Assembly (NCBI GenBank): GCA_951406725.2
Contig: OX597814.1
Coordinates: 94,364,001 to 94,428,000, forward strand
Source: Octopus vulgaris
Taxonomy: Eukaryota
Length of the DNA: 64,000 nt
Reading direction: 5' to 3'
Shown: piece by piece, positions 37,628 to 51,939 of the stretch
Layout of the letters: the number at the start of each line of letters is the position of its first letter
Position numbering within the stretch: the stretch's first letter is position 1
The notes under the pieces: model-generated
The model's input: the letters and a program-made list of their open reading frames with translations, nothing else
What the model was told of the DNA's origin: nothing
Database searches by the model: none
Program-made: the position numbers and the translations under genes

Positions 37628-38525
37628 ATTGTTCAGTTTTACTTCAAGATGTCTTGCCAATAGAGAAAGAGCTGGTTTGTAACCCAGATTCACTGGAATT
37701 TCAACATAAACAATAGGGTATTTTTGTTTCTTTATATGTATGTATGTATGCATGTATGTATGTATGTATGTATGTATGTATTTGTTCAGATTTGTATGAT
37801 TTGCCTTATGTTTGTATTGTCATACACATAGTTGCACATCTAGACATGGTCATATATGTTTAAATGATAAACCTCTGGAAAGTTTTTCAGATTTTTTACA
37901 GTTCCAGTGATGGTTTGAATCTGTAGTCTTCTAATCAGCTTTCTCCTTTCTGGTTTTGAGAAGCCCATTTTCTCAAGATTGGTATTTAGGCAGTGTGTTA
38001 TATATCCCAGGGCCCCAATAATTACTGGTATGAACCTAAATTTGTAATCGGGAAAGAGTAACAGCAGATTTCTCAATAGTTCGGCAAAGGTGTTCTTTTT
38101 CACTGATCTTCAGTTTTATGTTAACATTAACCGCTGGGGAGCTAATTTCCACAACTGTGCACAGTTTCACTTCTATATGCCAAATCATTATATGAAGTCT
38201 GTTGTGCTTTCATTTTATTGAGGTTTTCACTGGGACATTCCACCAATATTCCTTTTTAATATGGATGGCTATAACGTCTACCATACTGTGGGTTCTTATT
38301 TTTGTCCTTTGTGTTATCCTTCCGACAGATTTAATTATATAGTGTCCTAGCTACAACATCATGTCTCATAGCTAGATAATACAGTGATAACATTTTGGGA
38401 CAAATGCTTATGGTGAGGGGGATATCTTCAATGTTAACACCACAACATCTGCATCGGTTGTCACATTTTACTGCTTTTGTGCATCAGGTACTTGGTTGAT
38501 ATTTCCTGTTCCTGGATTGTATTCA
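37628..38525 (-). mobile_element. 5'-truncated RLE-type non-LTR retrotransposon (R4/Dong-like family 2)
   Basis: Minus strand shows a decayed Zn knuckle (CRCCGV.IEDI....S.CPK), MRHDVVA, EYWWNVPVKT and FIPVIIGALG. Shares its 3' UTR with the 34430 copy. Both ends abut (TATG)n. Confidence 0.8.
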
Positions 38526-38815
38526 TGTATGTATATGTGTGTGTATGTATGTATACATGTATGTATGTATGTGTGTATGTATGTATATCTGCTTGTGCGT
38601 GCGTGTGTGTGTGTGTGTGTGTATCACAAAACTGTTTGAAAAATTGAAAAACGAGAGGAATTACACAATATACACAACATGATAATTTCTTTCGCAAAAT
38701 TTCGTGGCGTTATGCTTTTCGAAAACAGTGTGTGTGTGTATGTGTACGTGTATGTGTGTATGCGTGTGTGTGTGTTTTTTTGCACGCGTATGTGGGTGTC
38801 TGCGTCAGTATGTAC

Positions 38816-38857
<42 letters not shown>

Positions 38858-38858
38858 T

Positions 38859-38915
<57 letters not shown>

Positions 38916-40416
38916 ATGTGCATGTGTGTGTGTGTGCGCGCGTGCGCATGTGGTGTGGGTGAGTGCGTCAGAATTTATACATACATATATATATGTATGC
39001 ATGCTTGTGTGTGTGAGCAATATATATATATTTACGCATATATACATAAACTACCAGCATAGTCATACATGAATATTTATTCTTAATTTATGTATCGATT
39101 CTGTAACATTGAGTCCACGTATATCTATGGTCTCCACAGAATTAACCAGATTACAGACGAATTTCTCTTTTGGATTATTAGAGAAGTTGTTGCAATGGAC
39201 AAATCTTTTTCTTGGACTCAGTACTCCTACTATTTACAAAACAGATAAATCTGTTTGTCCTAATGTCCATTACTTGCGACTACTTAGGTGGACTCGGCTG
39301 TTGATAACAATATGCCATTGCTTGTGTCAATCCGAGCCAATAACAGGATACCACTTACTGATTCAGTCATCGTTGCTTCTTGTAGAGAATATCACGAGAG
39401 TTTTAATTCATTTTCCCTCTTTTTGTCTGAGCGTTAAACTTCCACTTATGAATGTTATGTTCTTAAGATATGTAGCCAAAAGAGACTGTATATTTATAGG
39501 TTGGTGCAGCTGTGATGAACGATAGCGAAAAGATTTAACGGCTTATATAAGTAGCATAACTAGTTTCCATTAACACAATATTTCGATGATTTATCGAGAA
39601 AAGACCGAATTCTCCAGCGGCTTATGATACAGTTATAGAATTGCTTTGATACGTATCAGAAATGTAACTGATAAGCATACAAAGTCTCGGGAATATTTAG
39701 ATTACTTCCTACATATTTCCTATTTGATTTATCATATTCTAAGATTTTCTTACACTCGTCTTCTATATATCTCGTTTGCTATTCTAACTTACCGTAATTA
39801 ACCAGTGAAATTCTGTACATTTCCTACACCAACACATCAATTTACAATGTTATTTTTGCAACGGAAAAGTTATATTAAGTACTTACCTTGTTCACAGTTT
39901 TAGCGTTTATCTATCAGAGACTTTTATTTATAAACGTAGCATTACCTACCCTAACTCCGTTCCCCAAACCTAAAACTAAATCTAATTGACTTTGTTTATC
40001 ATCTGTTCTTTCCTATCTGCTCCAACATGTCTGAAGATTTAAACTTTTATTGAAGATATTTACAGCTCAACAATCAACCTTAATTATCTATAATCGTCTT
40101 ACCCATCACTACTTCCCAAATCAAACACTAGATTTACTTGTCAAACTGTATTTACAAAATAAATAAAGAAATTAGAAACATCTGCCACTACTGTTTGTAG
40201 ATCTATTGGTGTATTAGAAATATAGAAGAAATAGTTAAGCCTTTTGACAATATAGTGTAAACAAGTGTATATATAAATACCGTACGTGCATTTTAGTACA
40301 CACGTCCGAAAAGACATACATATTGGAAGAGAATTTCTTTGAAAACACGTATTCGAGCACATGCACGCATGTGTACCTAAATACATAACTATATGGAGAA
40401 AGGAAGAGAGAGACAA

Positions 40417-40447
<31 letters not shown>

Positions 40448-40541
40448 ATTTGAGTAAGGGGGAGTATATGCTCCAGTATGGCCGCAATCAAATTATTGAA
40501 ACAAATAAAAGAATATATAGAGATTTATTATTGCTTGCAGA

Positions 40542-40587
<46 letters not shown>

Positions 40588-41019
40588 AAAATAAGACAAG
40601 GTAGAAAGTGCTAAAATAATTTTATCATGAAGAATATTTTAGTATCGGATTCAGTCTTTTCGACTTTTTCAACTTAGAGTAAAGCAAGACAAGCAATTGA
40701 ATTGAAGAAAAAGTCTTCAAATTCGTTCGACCTTTTCCTTTTCACTGTCTCTCTCTTTTACTTTTGTGAAGGCTAAGTAGATAGTAGCAGGTCTGAAGAA
40801 ATAGTTAATATGGGTGCAGAGAAACGTTGGTTCTCGATTTTGATTGTTTAAGCAGTATGGCCGCAGCCCTCGGGCTGAAACTAAAAAAGATGTATGTGTG
40901 TGCGTGCGCGTCTGTATGTGCGTGTGCGTGTGTATGTGTGTGCGCGTGCGCGTGCATGCGTGTGTACACATGTAAGTACGTGCGCACACATACTTATCTT
41001 AAACTAAAATTACTGCGCC

Positions 41020-41200
41020 AGATAAAATGCTTTGCGGCATATCTTCTGGCTTTACGGTCTGAGTTCAAATATCACCGAGGTCGACTTTAATTTCATCATT
41101 TTGGTGTTAATAAAATAAGTACCAGTCAAGCACTGTGGCTGCTGATATTGACGTACTCCTTCCCCTAAAATTGCTGGTCTTGTACCAAAATTTGAAACTA
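41020..41200 (+). mobile_element. SINE family B
   Basis: TCTGAGTTCAAAT..CCGAGGTCGACTTT..TTCATC..AAAATAAGTACCAG..GGTCTTGTACCAAAATTTGAAAC. Confidence 0.7.
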
Positions 41201-42780
41201 TTGTTTTAAGCTGAATTTGCATGGACTGCAATTCTTAGTATAGTGATTTTCAAGCAGTTAGTATCATAAATGAAACAAGTATTTATTGCGAATAAATTTG
41301 AAAATATTTGAATATCTACGTTAACAATACTCAGCATTCGTTGTAATAGAACTTGCATTACAAGAATCCAGCAGCAGTTTGTTCGTTTCTTATTTCGATA
41401 TCCGACGAAAAAACAAATAAAACATTTCTTAATGCACCTTAATTGAAGAAAATATTTCACATTTTTATTGCGTATTTAAATACATTAAGCTACTATTCGG
41501 TTATCCAACATTTGATGACTCAATACTTTGCGAATATTTTGACGTGTGGTGACAAAGGATATAAACTCTGAACCGAATGTTTACAGTAGAGGTTTTATAT
41601 AACGATATATTCATTTTCTCGCCAGCGTTACAACATCTGTAATCTTTGGCGTAGTGTTATTCATTCCAAACAGTTTTGTTAGTTTTCAAATATCATTGGT
41701 ATGTTTATAAACTTGCGTCAAAAACATGTTTTCGATTTCTGGAAGAATGTTCACACTGATTATATCGTCACTTGAATCGGTTTTGAATTAATCAAATAAA
41801 ATATTTGAAAACTCAATTTTCATTTGTATTTTAGCAAGCACAAAGTATTATCAATTTCGAAATACATATATTATCTAATAGATATAAACTATAATCTGGG
41901 CACAAAAAAAGATTTAGATCATTTTTATGAATATTTAGTCTTGATATATGCTAATTCTTTAAGAAAATTGTCTGCAACTTAAGCTAAATTTATAATTATT
42001 TCTGTTTAAACATTTATAATCTTTGTGATTCTTCGGGAGATGTTTATCAAAAAAAGTAAAGATGAACGATACGTGTACGGGAACTGTGATTAAACGAGAA
42101 AAAGGACATGAAGTGGATCGGGGAGAGTGGGATCCGGGAGAATATACTGGAAGAAAGGAGAAAAGAAGGGAAAGAACGAATAGAGAAGGGATATGTAAGT
42201 AAAGCGGATTAAAGGATAGAAGAAAAGATTAACTGTGTAAGATAAAAGGTCAGGGATTAACCACACCCGTATCATTTATTTGAAATGACTCGTAGAACAC
42301 CTTTAACGTTGTTTGTGAAACTCTATGCAGACACACCTTGGAATAATATTTTTTAATAATTTAGTGATAAGAATAAAGAAAATTACAATAATTAATTCTA
42401 ATTAAACTTTAACATATCAGATTAATTTATACAATTAAAAAAGAACAAAATGATATAATGAAAATCACTTTGTTTGATTGTGGAAAGAAACAAATGTTAC
42501 AATTTTATAGAACCCTTTCCATAAAACTAGCCAGTCTCCACCACAGAAACTCACTGGCCGTGAAGAAGCGATGAATTTATTTATTACAAGAGACTACTTT
42601 CAAAACTGGATTAGTTCGTATAACTGAGTACCAAGGACAGAAATTTACTATTTATCTAACTTACAAGGCTGGCTCTTGTGGATTACACGAACATCTCACT
42701 TTTGCCAGCTGAGTAGACTGGAGGAGCATCATGTAACAGTGTGCCACTGGTTTTCAAACTCATGATTGTGAGCCAAATAC

Positions 42781-43178
42781 CTTATTTATTTACTACCCAC
42801 AAGGGGCTAAACATAGAGGGGACAAACAAGAACAGACAAACGGATTAAGTCGATTATATCGACCCCAGTGCGTAACTGGTACTTATTTAATCGACCCCGA
42901 AAGGATGAAATCCAAAGTCGACCTCGGCGGAATTTGAACTTAGATCGTAGCGGCAGACGAAATACCTATTTCTTTACTACCCACAAGGGGCTAAACACAG
43001 AGAGGACAAACAAAGACAGACAAACGGATTAAGTCAATTATATCGACTCCAGTGTATACCTGGTACTCATTTAATCGACCCCGAAAGGATGAAAGGCAAA
43101 GTCGAGCACGGCGGAATTTGAACTCAGAACGTAACGGCAGACGAAATACGGCTACGCATTTCGCCCGGCGTGCTAACG
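42781..43178 (-). mobile_element. SINE family B dimer with 15-bp TSD, nested in a family C SINE
   Basis: TSD TTGTGAGCCAAATAC at 42766-42780 and 43179-43193; two units, each with the tail TATTT.TTTACTACCCACAAGGGGC. Confidence 0.9.
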
Positions 43179-43954
43179 TTGTGAGCCAAATACTTTAACC
43201 TTTAAGCCACGCGCCAGCAGATACCAGCTGACAATTGCATAATTTCCAATCGTTACCCAAACATACACAGGTAACGACATACACACATACAGACGCTAAT
43301 ACAGTCACATATTGTTACGTACATATATACAGAGTCTATTCGTTTTATACATACACACATTCATACATATATAATCACACAGACACATATGCACAGGTAT
43401 CAGCAGACATTCCACCCGCAGTCTGTATGTTAAACAAACAGATACCAACATGCACATTCAATAGTTGTTTCACACACACTATCTCTCTCACACACACATA
43501 TAGTCTCACACATTTACGCGCACACTCACAAACACACACTCAAACACACACCGTCTCATAGAGTTACGCGCACACACAGTTTCATACAGGTACGCGCGCA
43601 CACTCAGTCTCATCGAGTTACGGGAACACACATAAACACAGTCTCATACAGTTACGTGTATACATACAAACACACTCAAACACACAGTCTCATACAGTTA
43701 CACACACGCACACACATAGACACACACACACAGATACGAGCAGACAATCAGCGTCATATTTTTCATTTATTTATTATTGGAACGCAAAAGTCTTTGTAGG
43801 ACTGGACGAGAGAGGAGGAAGGTGTAGTGACTATAGCAGACGGACATGTACTGATAATCTGACACGTCAGTCTTCCCAAAACAATTCTACTAATATAGAT
43901 AAGATATCAAATGTGTATGTGTGTGTGAGTGAGTGTGCGTGCGTGTGTGTGAGT

Positions 43955-44018
<64 letters not shown>

Positions 44019-44454
44019 AGAGAGAGAAAGAGGGGCAGACTGACAAACAAACAGATAGATAGACAGAGTAACGTAGTTAGGCCACTTAGAATAATGGAAC
44101 TGACTGCCAATGTTTTAACAAAAACATACATAGACATACACGCGTACGCACGCACACACACTCACAGACACAGAACGCGCGCGCACACACAAACACACAC
44201 ACAAATATGTGCATATATATGTGTATGTATAAGTGTCTGTGAATAAAATGAACCTTCCCGTAGATTTCAACGGACATCATGAGTGTGTATGCTATTCAGT
44301 TTTATTTCTAGGTTTCTTGCTAGTAGGGAAATACTTCGTTTCTAAACTTGATTAAAGATTCCTTCCTTAGAATTTTAAACAGCATCAACAAGGTATTTGT
44401 GCATGTTTATGCATGTTTGTGCATGTGTTCACTATCTGGAGTCAGTGCATGTAC

Positions 44455-44505
<51 letters not shown>

Positions 44506-44583
44506 AAAAAGATTGATGGATTTATTTTCTCTTATGAGGTTTTTCACGCTAACTACTTGATAAATTCTTATAAAGATTTTATC

Positions 44584-44637
<54 letters not shown>

Positions 44638-44639
44638 CC

Positions 44640-44920
44640 ATGCATATAGTTACATATCTACACATGCAATTATGTACTTAAATGCTAAACGTTTGGATAG
44701 TTTTAGACCTTGGTAGGTCCATTGATGGATAATATCTTTAATCTCATAATTAACTTTTTTGTTTCTGGTTCGGAGAAACCTAATTTCTCAAGATTGGTGC
44801 TGAGGCAGTTTGTTACATATGCCAGTACCCTAATAATTACGAGTATAAATCTGAATTTGTAATTGGGTAGCTGTAATCGGGTAGCTAAATTTCTCGATAG
44901 TTTAGCGTAGATGTTTTGTA
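44640..44920 (-). mobile_element. Third, degraded fragment of R4/Dong-like family 2
   Basis: TTTCTCAAGATTGGTG..GAGGCAGT..CCCTAATAATTAC..AATTTGTAAT aligns by eye to 37960-38050. Confidence 0.6.
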
Positions 44921-44959
44921 ACTGAAAAGTATACCAGCAGTTGAACTAGTCGGTTCGCG

Positions 44960-45150
44960 TCTTCTCCGTCTAGAATAAGGGTCCAGCTTGCGTTTCAAGT
45001 GTCCACAACTTTTCAACAGTGTGCTAAGCAACCTCAGAGATTTGTTGAGTGGACTAATTCTTATCTGGACTAATTCTTATCTAAGATATGAGATAAAACC
45101 ACATTGCAGCAGGAGGTACCAAGAAGAGCATCCCCGTCCATCTCGATACT
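44960..45150 (+). mobile_element. CR1/L2-type LINE ORF2 C-terminal remnant
   Basis: SLRFKCPQLFNSVLSNLRDL resembles the (G)P.L(W/F)N.LP..LR motif; contains a 16-bp tandem duplication TGGACTAATTCTTATC. Confidence 0.5.
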
Positions 45151-45221
45151 TCACGATACAGAAAAAAAACCATACACGTGTGTGTGAATGCTCATAAAAC
45201 TCATATAACTAATCAACGGTG

Positions 45222-45264
<43 letters not shown>

Positions 45265-46424
45265 TACAAACAAATATACAGACAAACATACACACACATA
45301 TATATACACACAAACATAGATACATGTGTGTGTGTATGTATGTTAATATGTATAAAAACTTAAATATATATATAATTATATATATATAGAGATGCATATA
45401 TACATACATAAACGCATAAACCTATATGAATGTATGTATATAATGTACACACGAACGCATACACTGCATACGCAAAGATGTTTACATTGTATTGGTACAT
45501 ATATAGTTACACACATATTTCTGCAACCTTACAGAATAATAACATGGTGGTTTGAAATTATTGTTCATGTTTGACGAAGGAACCGAAGACAGCAACCGGA
45601 TATTAGCGCTTCGTCCGAAAGATTGCTGACCTTCAGGGTGGATATCATCTTGGCTACATATTGCAAAATTTCATTGATGTATTCAGATATTCGTTCTTAT
45701 AAATGATGAAGGTTCGGCCGACATTAAAGTGTAATAATGCGTAAAGTTTGGTTTGTTTGAACAATGGCGTGACGGGACAGTGGTTCCCTATAACGAGAGA
45801 CAACATCGACATATGTCTACAGACATGATTGTCAAGCAGCTCCAAGTTGGCTGGTTGTAAATACAGAAAGTGAAAAGCAAAGTGATACGTAATATATATA
45901 TATGTGTGTGTCTGTGTATGTGTGTGTGTGTGTGTGTATGTGTATGTATATATACACACACGCTATGTTAAGTAAGGCAACATATTGATGATTATAATAA
46001 TGATTCCACATGAGAAGATAACCGTTAATGCAAGAATAGAGTTTTGTCAATAAAGCATTAGCATCAATACATTTTAAAAGTGATAGATTGAAAATAAGAC
46101 ATGTAAGCAAGGAAATATATGATGAATGAGAGGAATGATCGAAGAACAAACGAAGACGGAATGAGATTGGCAGAGAGCGGTCAGTGACATTCACTGACAA
46201 TACGGGCAGTGACACACGTTTAGAAATTTATATGCATATATGTACATATATAGATGTATAGTTCTTCTACAATTATGAGTACATTTTCATATATATATAT
46301 ATATATATATCGAAGATGCAATCAAACGTTATGTGGTACAGTGCAAAGTAGGCGTTGTCCACTCAACGCAACACGTAGTAAATGATCCATATGCATTCGA
46401 GTAAACTGAGTCCTCAACTTGTCC

Positions 46425-46491
46425 ATTTGTCCAGAAGGTTTACAAAGCACCAGCAGACCTCAAGAGACACACGCTTGTCCATCGTACATAA
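46425..46491 (+). pseudogene. Possible decayed C2H2 zinc-finger coding fragment
   Basis: One frame reads TCPFVQKVYKAPADLKRHTLVH: C2H2 spacing with the second Cys replaced. Confidence 0.35.
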
Positions 46492-48321
46492 TCAGTTTTT
46501 TATTTTACTGAGAGAATCGATTATGTATGTATATACGTATGTATATATATATATATGTATGTGTGTGTATGTATGTATGTATGTATGTATGCATGCATGT
46601 ATGCATGTATGTGTGTGTGTATGTATGTATGTGAGAGATTCACGATGTTAGGCTGGTTAACCATTACTCTTTAAGGAAGATGTTCTTAGGTACACAATAT
46701 CACACAGACTTTGTGAAGATATATGACACGAACCCAACAATTTCAGCTAAAACTTAAATCATGCTATCACGTGAAATAACGGTTTTCTCCCGATTCTTCA
46801 TGGAAAATTGCAGCTCTTTAATGTGATTCACGCAATTAGTACTAACTAATGAAAACATGGGGCGCAATCGAGATCTTGAGTTTAGACAGATTTTCTCATT
46901 AATTTGCTTAGCAGACATCAGTCGAATAATTATACTCTACATCATGAGTGCATTATATTTCTTTGTTTTTTTATAAACAACGCATACACATATTTATATA
47001 TGTGAGTGTGCGTGCGTGTATAAATACATACACACACGTCCATACATGTACGTATGATTATAGATACCTGCACGTCGATGTATATATATATATTATATGT
47101 CTATATATACATTTGTGCATATACACATATATGCGTATATACGTATACGTGTGCGAGTATGTGTGTATGCATGTGTGCGTGTGTGTATGTATGCATGCAT
47201 TATGTATATACATATATATATATGCGTGTGTGGGTGTGTGGGTGTACAACAATCATAGATATATTCATTATAAACAGATATATATGTATATATAATAATA
47301 TATAAGTATATATACTTCGTAAATATTTATGCTCATATGTACGTGTGTATGTATGTATGTATGTATGTATGTATGTACATGTATATATAAGGCATACCAT
47401 TATATATTCTATTATATATTATATATTTCAATAATTTATGTTTCCATTACTACAGCGTGACCGTTTATAGAATCCGAGCCGTTATATTCTATGCGTTGAC
47501 TGTTTAATGATGGAAAGTATTTACAACTTTTGTATTATTAGCGTTAATGTTTATTGTTAATGTGTAACCATTTGCATTAAGCCACTTCCGACATAGCTTC
47601 CTCAAAACATAGGCTAAAAGCAGCCGCCATATTGATATGTTATCAATAGCTTCTCTATTACATTATTTATGAATTTATATCTCATAGTGTTCCGTATATT
47701 TCAATATAAAATTTACTCAGACGACAGTAAATTTATGAAACTGAATAACCAGAATAGAAGTTGTGAAGAATTTAGTTAACTTATTTATATCGTAATAGTT
47801 ATTTTAATATTTATTCACCGTTTAATAATATCGGTTTCTTTTGGTACCCTTTTTGTTGTTGTTGTTGTTGTTCCTGTTCTTGTTGGTGTTGTTGTTAATG
47901 GTGGTGGTTTGTGGTTGTCGTTGTTGTAGTTGTTGTTGTTGTTGTCGTTGCTTATCTCAGTGTTAGCTCCGAACGGTTATATGACCGCAGACGTTCCAAA
48001 CATAACCGTCTCATCGTTTTTTCACCGACTGGGTTGAAATAGATTTTATCTAATGAGCGTTGTAAATAAGGTTAACATATAAAGTAACTGCATTATTTGT
48101 GTGTCATTCAACACAATGCAGTGTACATGAATGTTAGTATATGCTTGTGTAGGTATGCATGAAGGGAAATGTTATAGACATTATGCACATTGACACATAT
48201 GCAACACACACATATACATATGCATAAGTATGTGTTGTGTGTGTATATATATATACATTCTCATTTGTACATAAGGGTGAACTTATATATATATATGTGT
48301 GTGTTTATTCATACATACATA

Positions 48322-48481
48322 GGCGTAGGAGTGGTTGTGTGGTAAGTAGCTTGTTTATGAACCACATGGTTCCGGGTTCAGTCCCACGGCGTGGCACCTT
48401 GGGCAAGTGTCTTCTACTATAGCCTCGGGCTGTCCAAAACCTCGTGATAGGATTTGGTAGCCTGAAACTGAAAGAAGCCCG

Positions 48482-48559
<78 letters not shown>

Positions 48560-48760
48560 TTGTGTGTCTGTGTTTGTCTCCCCAACATCGCTTGACAACC
48601 GATGCTGGTGTGTTTACGCCCCCGTAACTTAGCGGTAGGACAAACGAGACCGATAAAATAAGTACTAGTCCTGGGGTCGATTTACTCGACTAAAGGCGGT
48701 GCTCCAGCTTGGCTACAGTCAAATGACTGAAACAAGTAAATGAGTAAAGAGAGTAAAGAG
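48322..48760 (+). mobile_element. SINE family A, near full length
   Basis: GGCGTAGGAGTGGTTGTGTGGTAAG...GGCACCTTGGGCAAGTG...(TA)n(TG)n...AAATGACTGAAACAAGTAAA. Confidence 0.9.
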
Positions 48761-48971
48761 TATACATACATAAATGCATACATGCATACATGCATACGTA
48801 CATATATATATACATACATACATACTTACATACATACATACATATATACATACACACACATACATACACACATACATACATACATACTTACATACATACA
48901 AATTTGAGATGGACATATTCGTCGAAAATGCATCTGCATCAGTTTTGATTTTTCTTAATACAAATATATCA

Positions 48972-49329
48972 TTTTCTTCTCTAGGCACAAGGCCTGAAAT
49001 TTTGGGGGAGGGGCCAGTCGATTAGATCGATCCCAGTACGCAACTGGTACTTAATTTTTGGACCCCGAATTGATGAAAGGCAAAGTTGGCCTCGGCGGAA
49101 TTTGAACTCAAAACATAAAGTCAAACGAAATACCGCTAAGCATTTCGCCCGGCGTGCTAACATTTCTGCCAATTCGCTGCTTTATTTTAACAATAATAAT
49201 CTTTTCGACTCAAGGCACAAGGCCCGAAATTTTGAGGGAGGGGGCCAGTCGATTAGATCGACCCCAGTACGCAACTGGTACTTAATTTATCGATCCCGAA
49301 ATGATGAAAGGCAAAGCCAGCCTCGGCGG
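48972..49329 (-). mobile_element. Two adjacent SINE family B copies
   Basis: 48972-49180 is full length and 49205-49329 is 5'-truncated; both carry the GGCACAAGGCC.GAAATTTTG tail. Confidence 0.85.
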
Positions 49330-51165
49330 TATATGACAAATTTTTAACAACGCACAATGTCTTTTGCCTTACAACTCCTTTTGTGACATTCGAATTTGGC
49401 ACCTCAAGCGTATCAAGTACAAACCTTTCTTACTAGGTGTGATCGCCGTAAAGACAGCCAAGTGACGTAATGAGATCTCGATCTGTCAATTATAGATCTG
49501 TATTCCATTCAAATTCTGAAATAATTTTAATCAATGTTGGTCGCTTCATTTCATGTATTTGCATATCGTATGTCAACATTGTCTTTATACACTAATCATA
49601 GTGGATTAGTTTGGCTTCTTCAAGCTTTTCTTTTTTGTTTTTAATTTGCTTTTATTTCAACATTCTTGCTTCTGAGGTAGAAGTGTATATTGACAACAAT
49701 ATGTAAAAATTCTCCAAAATTGTCTTACTAAAGATACAGCTGAAATATGATATAAGTTACATAAGTATAACTGAAAGATTTATAAAGCATCAAACCGGAA
49801 CAGAAACATGGCTCCCGTAATAGAGCGGATAAAAAATTCTTTAAATATATTGTTGGCGGGCAAACGAGTGTAGTGAAATATACAAAGATTTCTAGTTTTA
49901 GTCGAAAGCTATAAAATACTAAACCCATTTTGTGACACACACATGGAATATTTTTGCGCTCCGAGCTCATTATGACTGGAAGAATTTCCTAGCTTTTAAA
50001 AATTCCATAGAAATGATCTATTGCGAGCATAAAGAGCACGAAATACATATATTAATCGATAGGGACCGCTTGAAAATTACTTTCTTGTTTTACGGATTTT
50101 ACCTCAAGGGAAAATTTTGGGGTGTAGCAAATCGCAGTAAACATTTTTTACTGCTCAAATATATTACCAAACGTATTTAAACTGATCGAATAGTTCTACA
50201 AGAATGCTTCTCGTTCCAATCATATATTTTGTTCTAACCTGTTGGCCGCTGCGAGTTTCTCTTTTGTGAGATTTCTATTGATTTCTTATAAATAAGCGAA
50301 AGATTTCCCTCATTTCGCAGCTCTCCTGCTTGACATCTAATACTGATGAAAGCATAAGGAGTTTTAAATGCACATAGTACTCCATGATGGCAAGGCGGGG
50401 TAGGATGCTCTAAAATGGCTGTAGCGCTGAACACCTTTTGCCTAAAGCAAGATTATTTTTTCATAGCAAAATGCCTAAAGCAAGATTCTTTTTCTAAGTC
50501 ATATATGTTCCAAACATTTGAACTGATCGAAAAATCTTCAAAAATTCTTAATTTGAATCTTTATGTGATACTACTTACTTTACAACAGTGTTAAAATAAA
50601 ATCACTTACAAAATTGCAAAGTAAGCGGTGAATAACTAGACTAAATGGAAGTTAACCACACAGAAACTGCATCCAAAATATTCGAGAAATATTTTAGTAT
50701 ATAAATATCTTAATTTCTCTTTTCAAGTTGATACATTTGTGATTGAAAATATAATTGATGTAAAACAATCAATAAAATAATTAGGAATTAGTAATAACAC
50801 CAAAAGTGTGTTATTCGAGCATATATATGTTGACGTCTTTGTGCTTTTACTTTGATGTGACTGAGTTATGTCTGATTGAATATGAAGCAGTTTTGATAAT
50901 AAAATCAACAAATTCAGTAAAATTTGAACCACTTAGAATTAATAAGAATCAATGCATATAAGCATAAGATAAGAGGTGGAGTTTTACACGTGTGTAGACA
51001 TTAAAAGAATGCAATCGCATACACATACAAAGACATATACAGATATATATACAAGCACATACATATGCAAACACTCATATGTATTTCCAGACGCGCATTC
51101 ATACACAGAAGCACTGTCAACACCAAAGATACATACATGCATACATACATACATACATACATACA

Positions 51166-51199
<34 letters not shown>

Positions 51200-51261
51200 C
51201 ATACATACATTAAACCATAGATGTAACTATGATGTTCTGCTGATCTCATAAGCTTTGTTCG

Positions 51262-51939
51262 CATTGATCTGTTGACCATGACAGAGAAAGTTGAGCAGAG
51301 AATCTGCATGAAATTTTGCCAAAAGCTTGGTGATACCAGCTCAGAGGCCTACGCAGATTTCAAAAAGGTTTCATCGTTCTCGACACAATTAAGGAGATCT
51401 TCTTGGTCAGCGGAAAGAAGTTTTGACACAAACGTAGCAGACACGTAGCTCATACCCAAATCTTCAGTGATAATGGATTGAACTGAACTGTAACTTATCT
51501 GCACATCCTCTGATAAATCACGGATGGTGATTCAACGATTTCCCATCACAGCTGCACGCACACCGGCGATGTTTTTTCTCAGTTCTGCTGGCTGCTGGCT
51601 GCTGGTCTACCACAACGTTCCTCAATATCGACAATCTTTCGGCCATCTTCCAAACGCCTGAACCTCTCGTACACTTGTGTGTGGTTCATACACTCATCTC
51701 CATACACTTTCTGCATCTTTGCGTATATTACTGAGCAGGTATCCCATAACAACTTTCACTGCCATGGTCAATGAGACGATCACACGCTATAGGCCTTCCT
51801 TCGAAGTACTGCTGTAAACAGCAATAGTGATCTAGAACGCTAAAACTTCGTGCGCATGCACAGCAAAGTTCAAGGTCAAACTGTGACAAGCGGCTTTGCT
51901 TTATGCCAACAGTCCAGATACTAATTGATCAGACTTCAT
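51262..51939. mobile_element. Mariner derivative with two inward-facing 5' ends
   Basis: Plus strand MTEKVEQRICMKFCQKLGDTSSEAY; minus strand GDTCS.IYAKMQKVYGDECMNHTQVYERFRR.EDGR...EERCGRP; TIR-like end CAGTCCAGATACTAATTGATCAGACTTCATA. Confidence 0.75.

Noticed and set aside
45740-45860. Short open frame KFGLFEQWRDGTVVPYNE...
   Set aside because: Bounded by stops, with no splice sites and no recognisable homology.
49790-50440. YY1/E2F/ETS-like motifs suggesting a promoter (also 56350-56560)
   Set aside because: Short motifs expected by chance; no linked exon can be shown.
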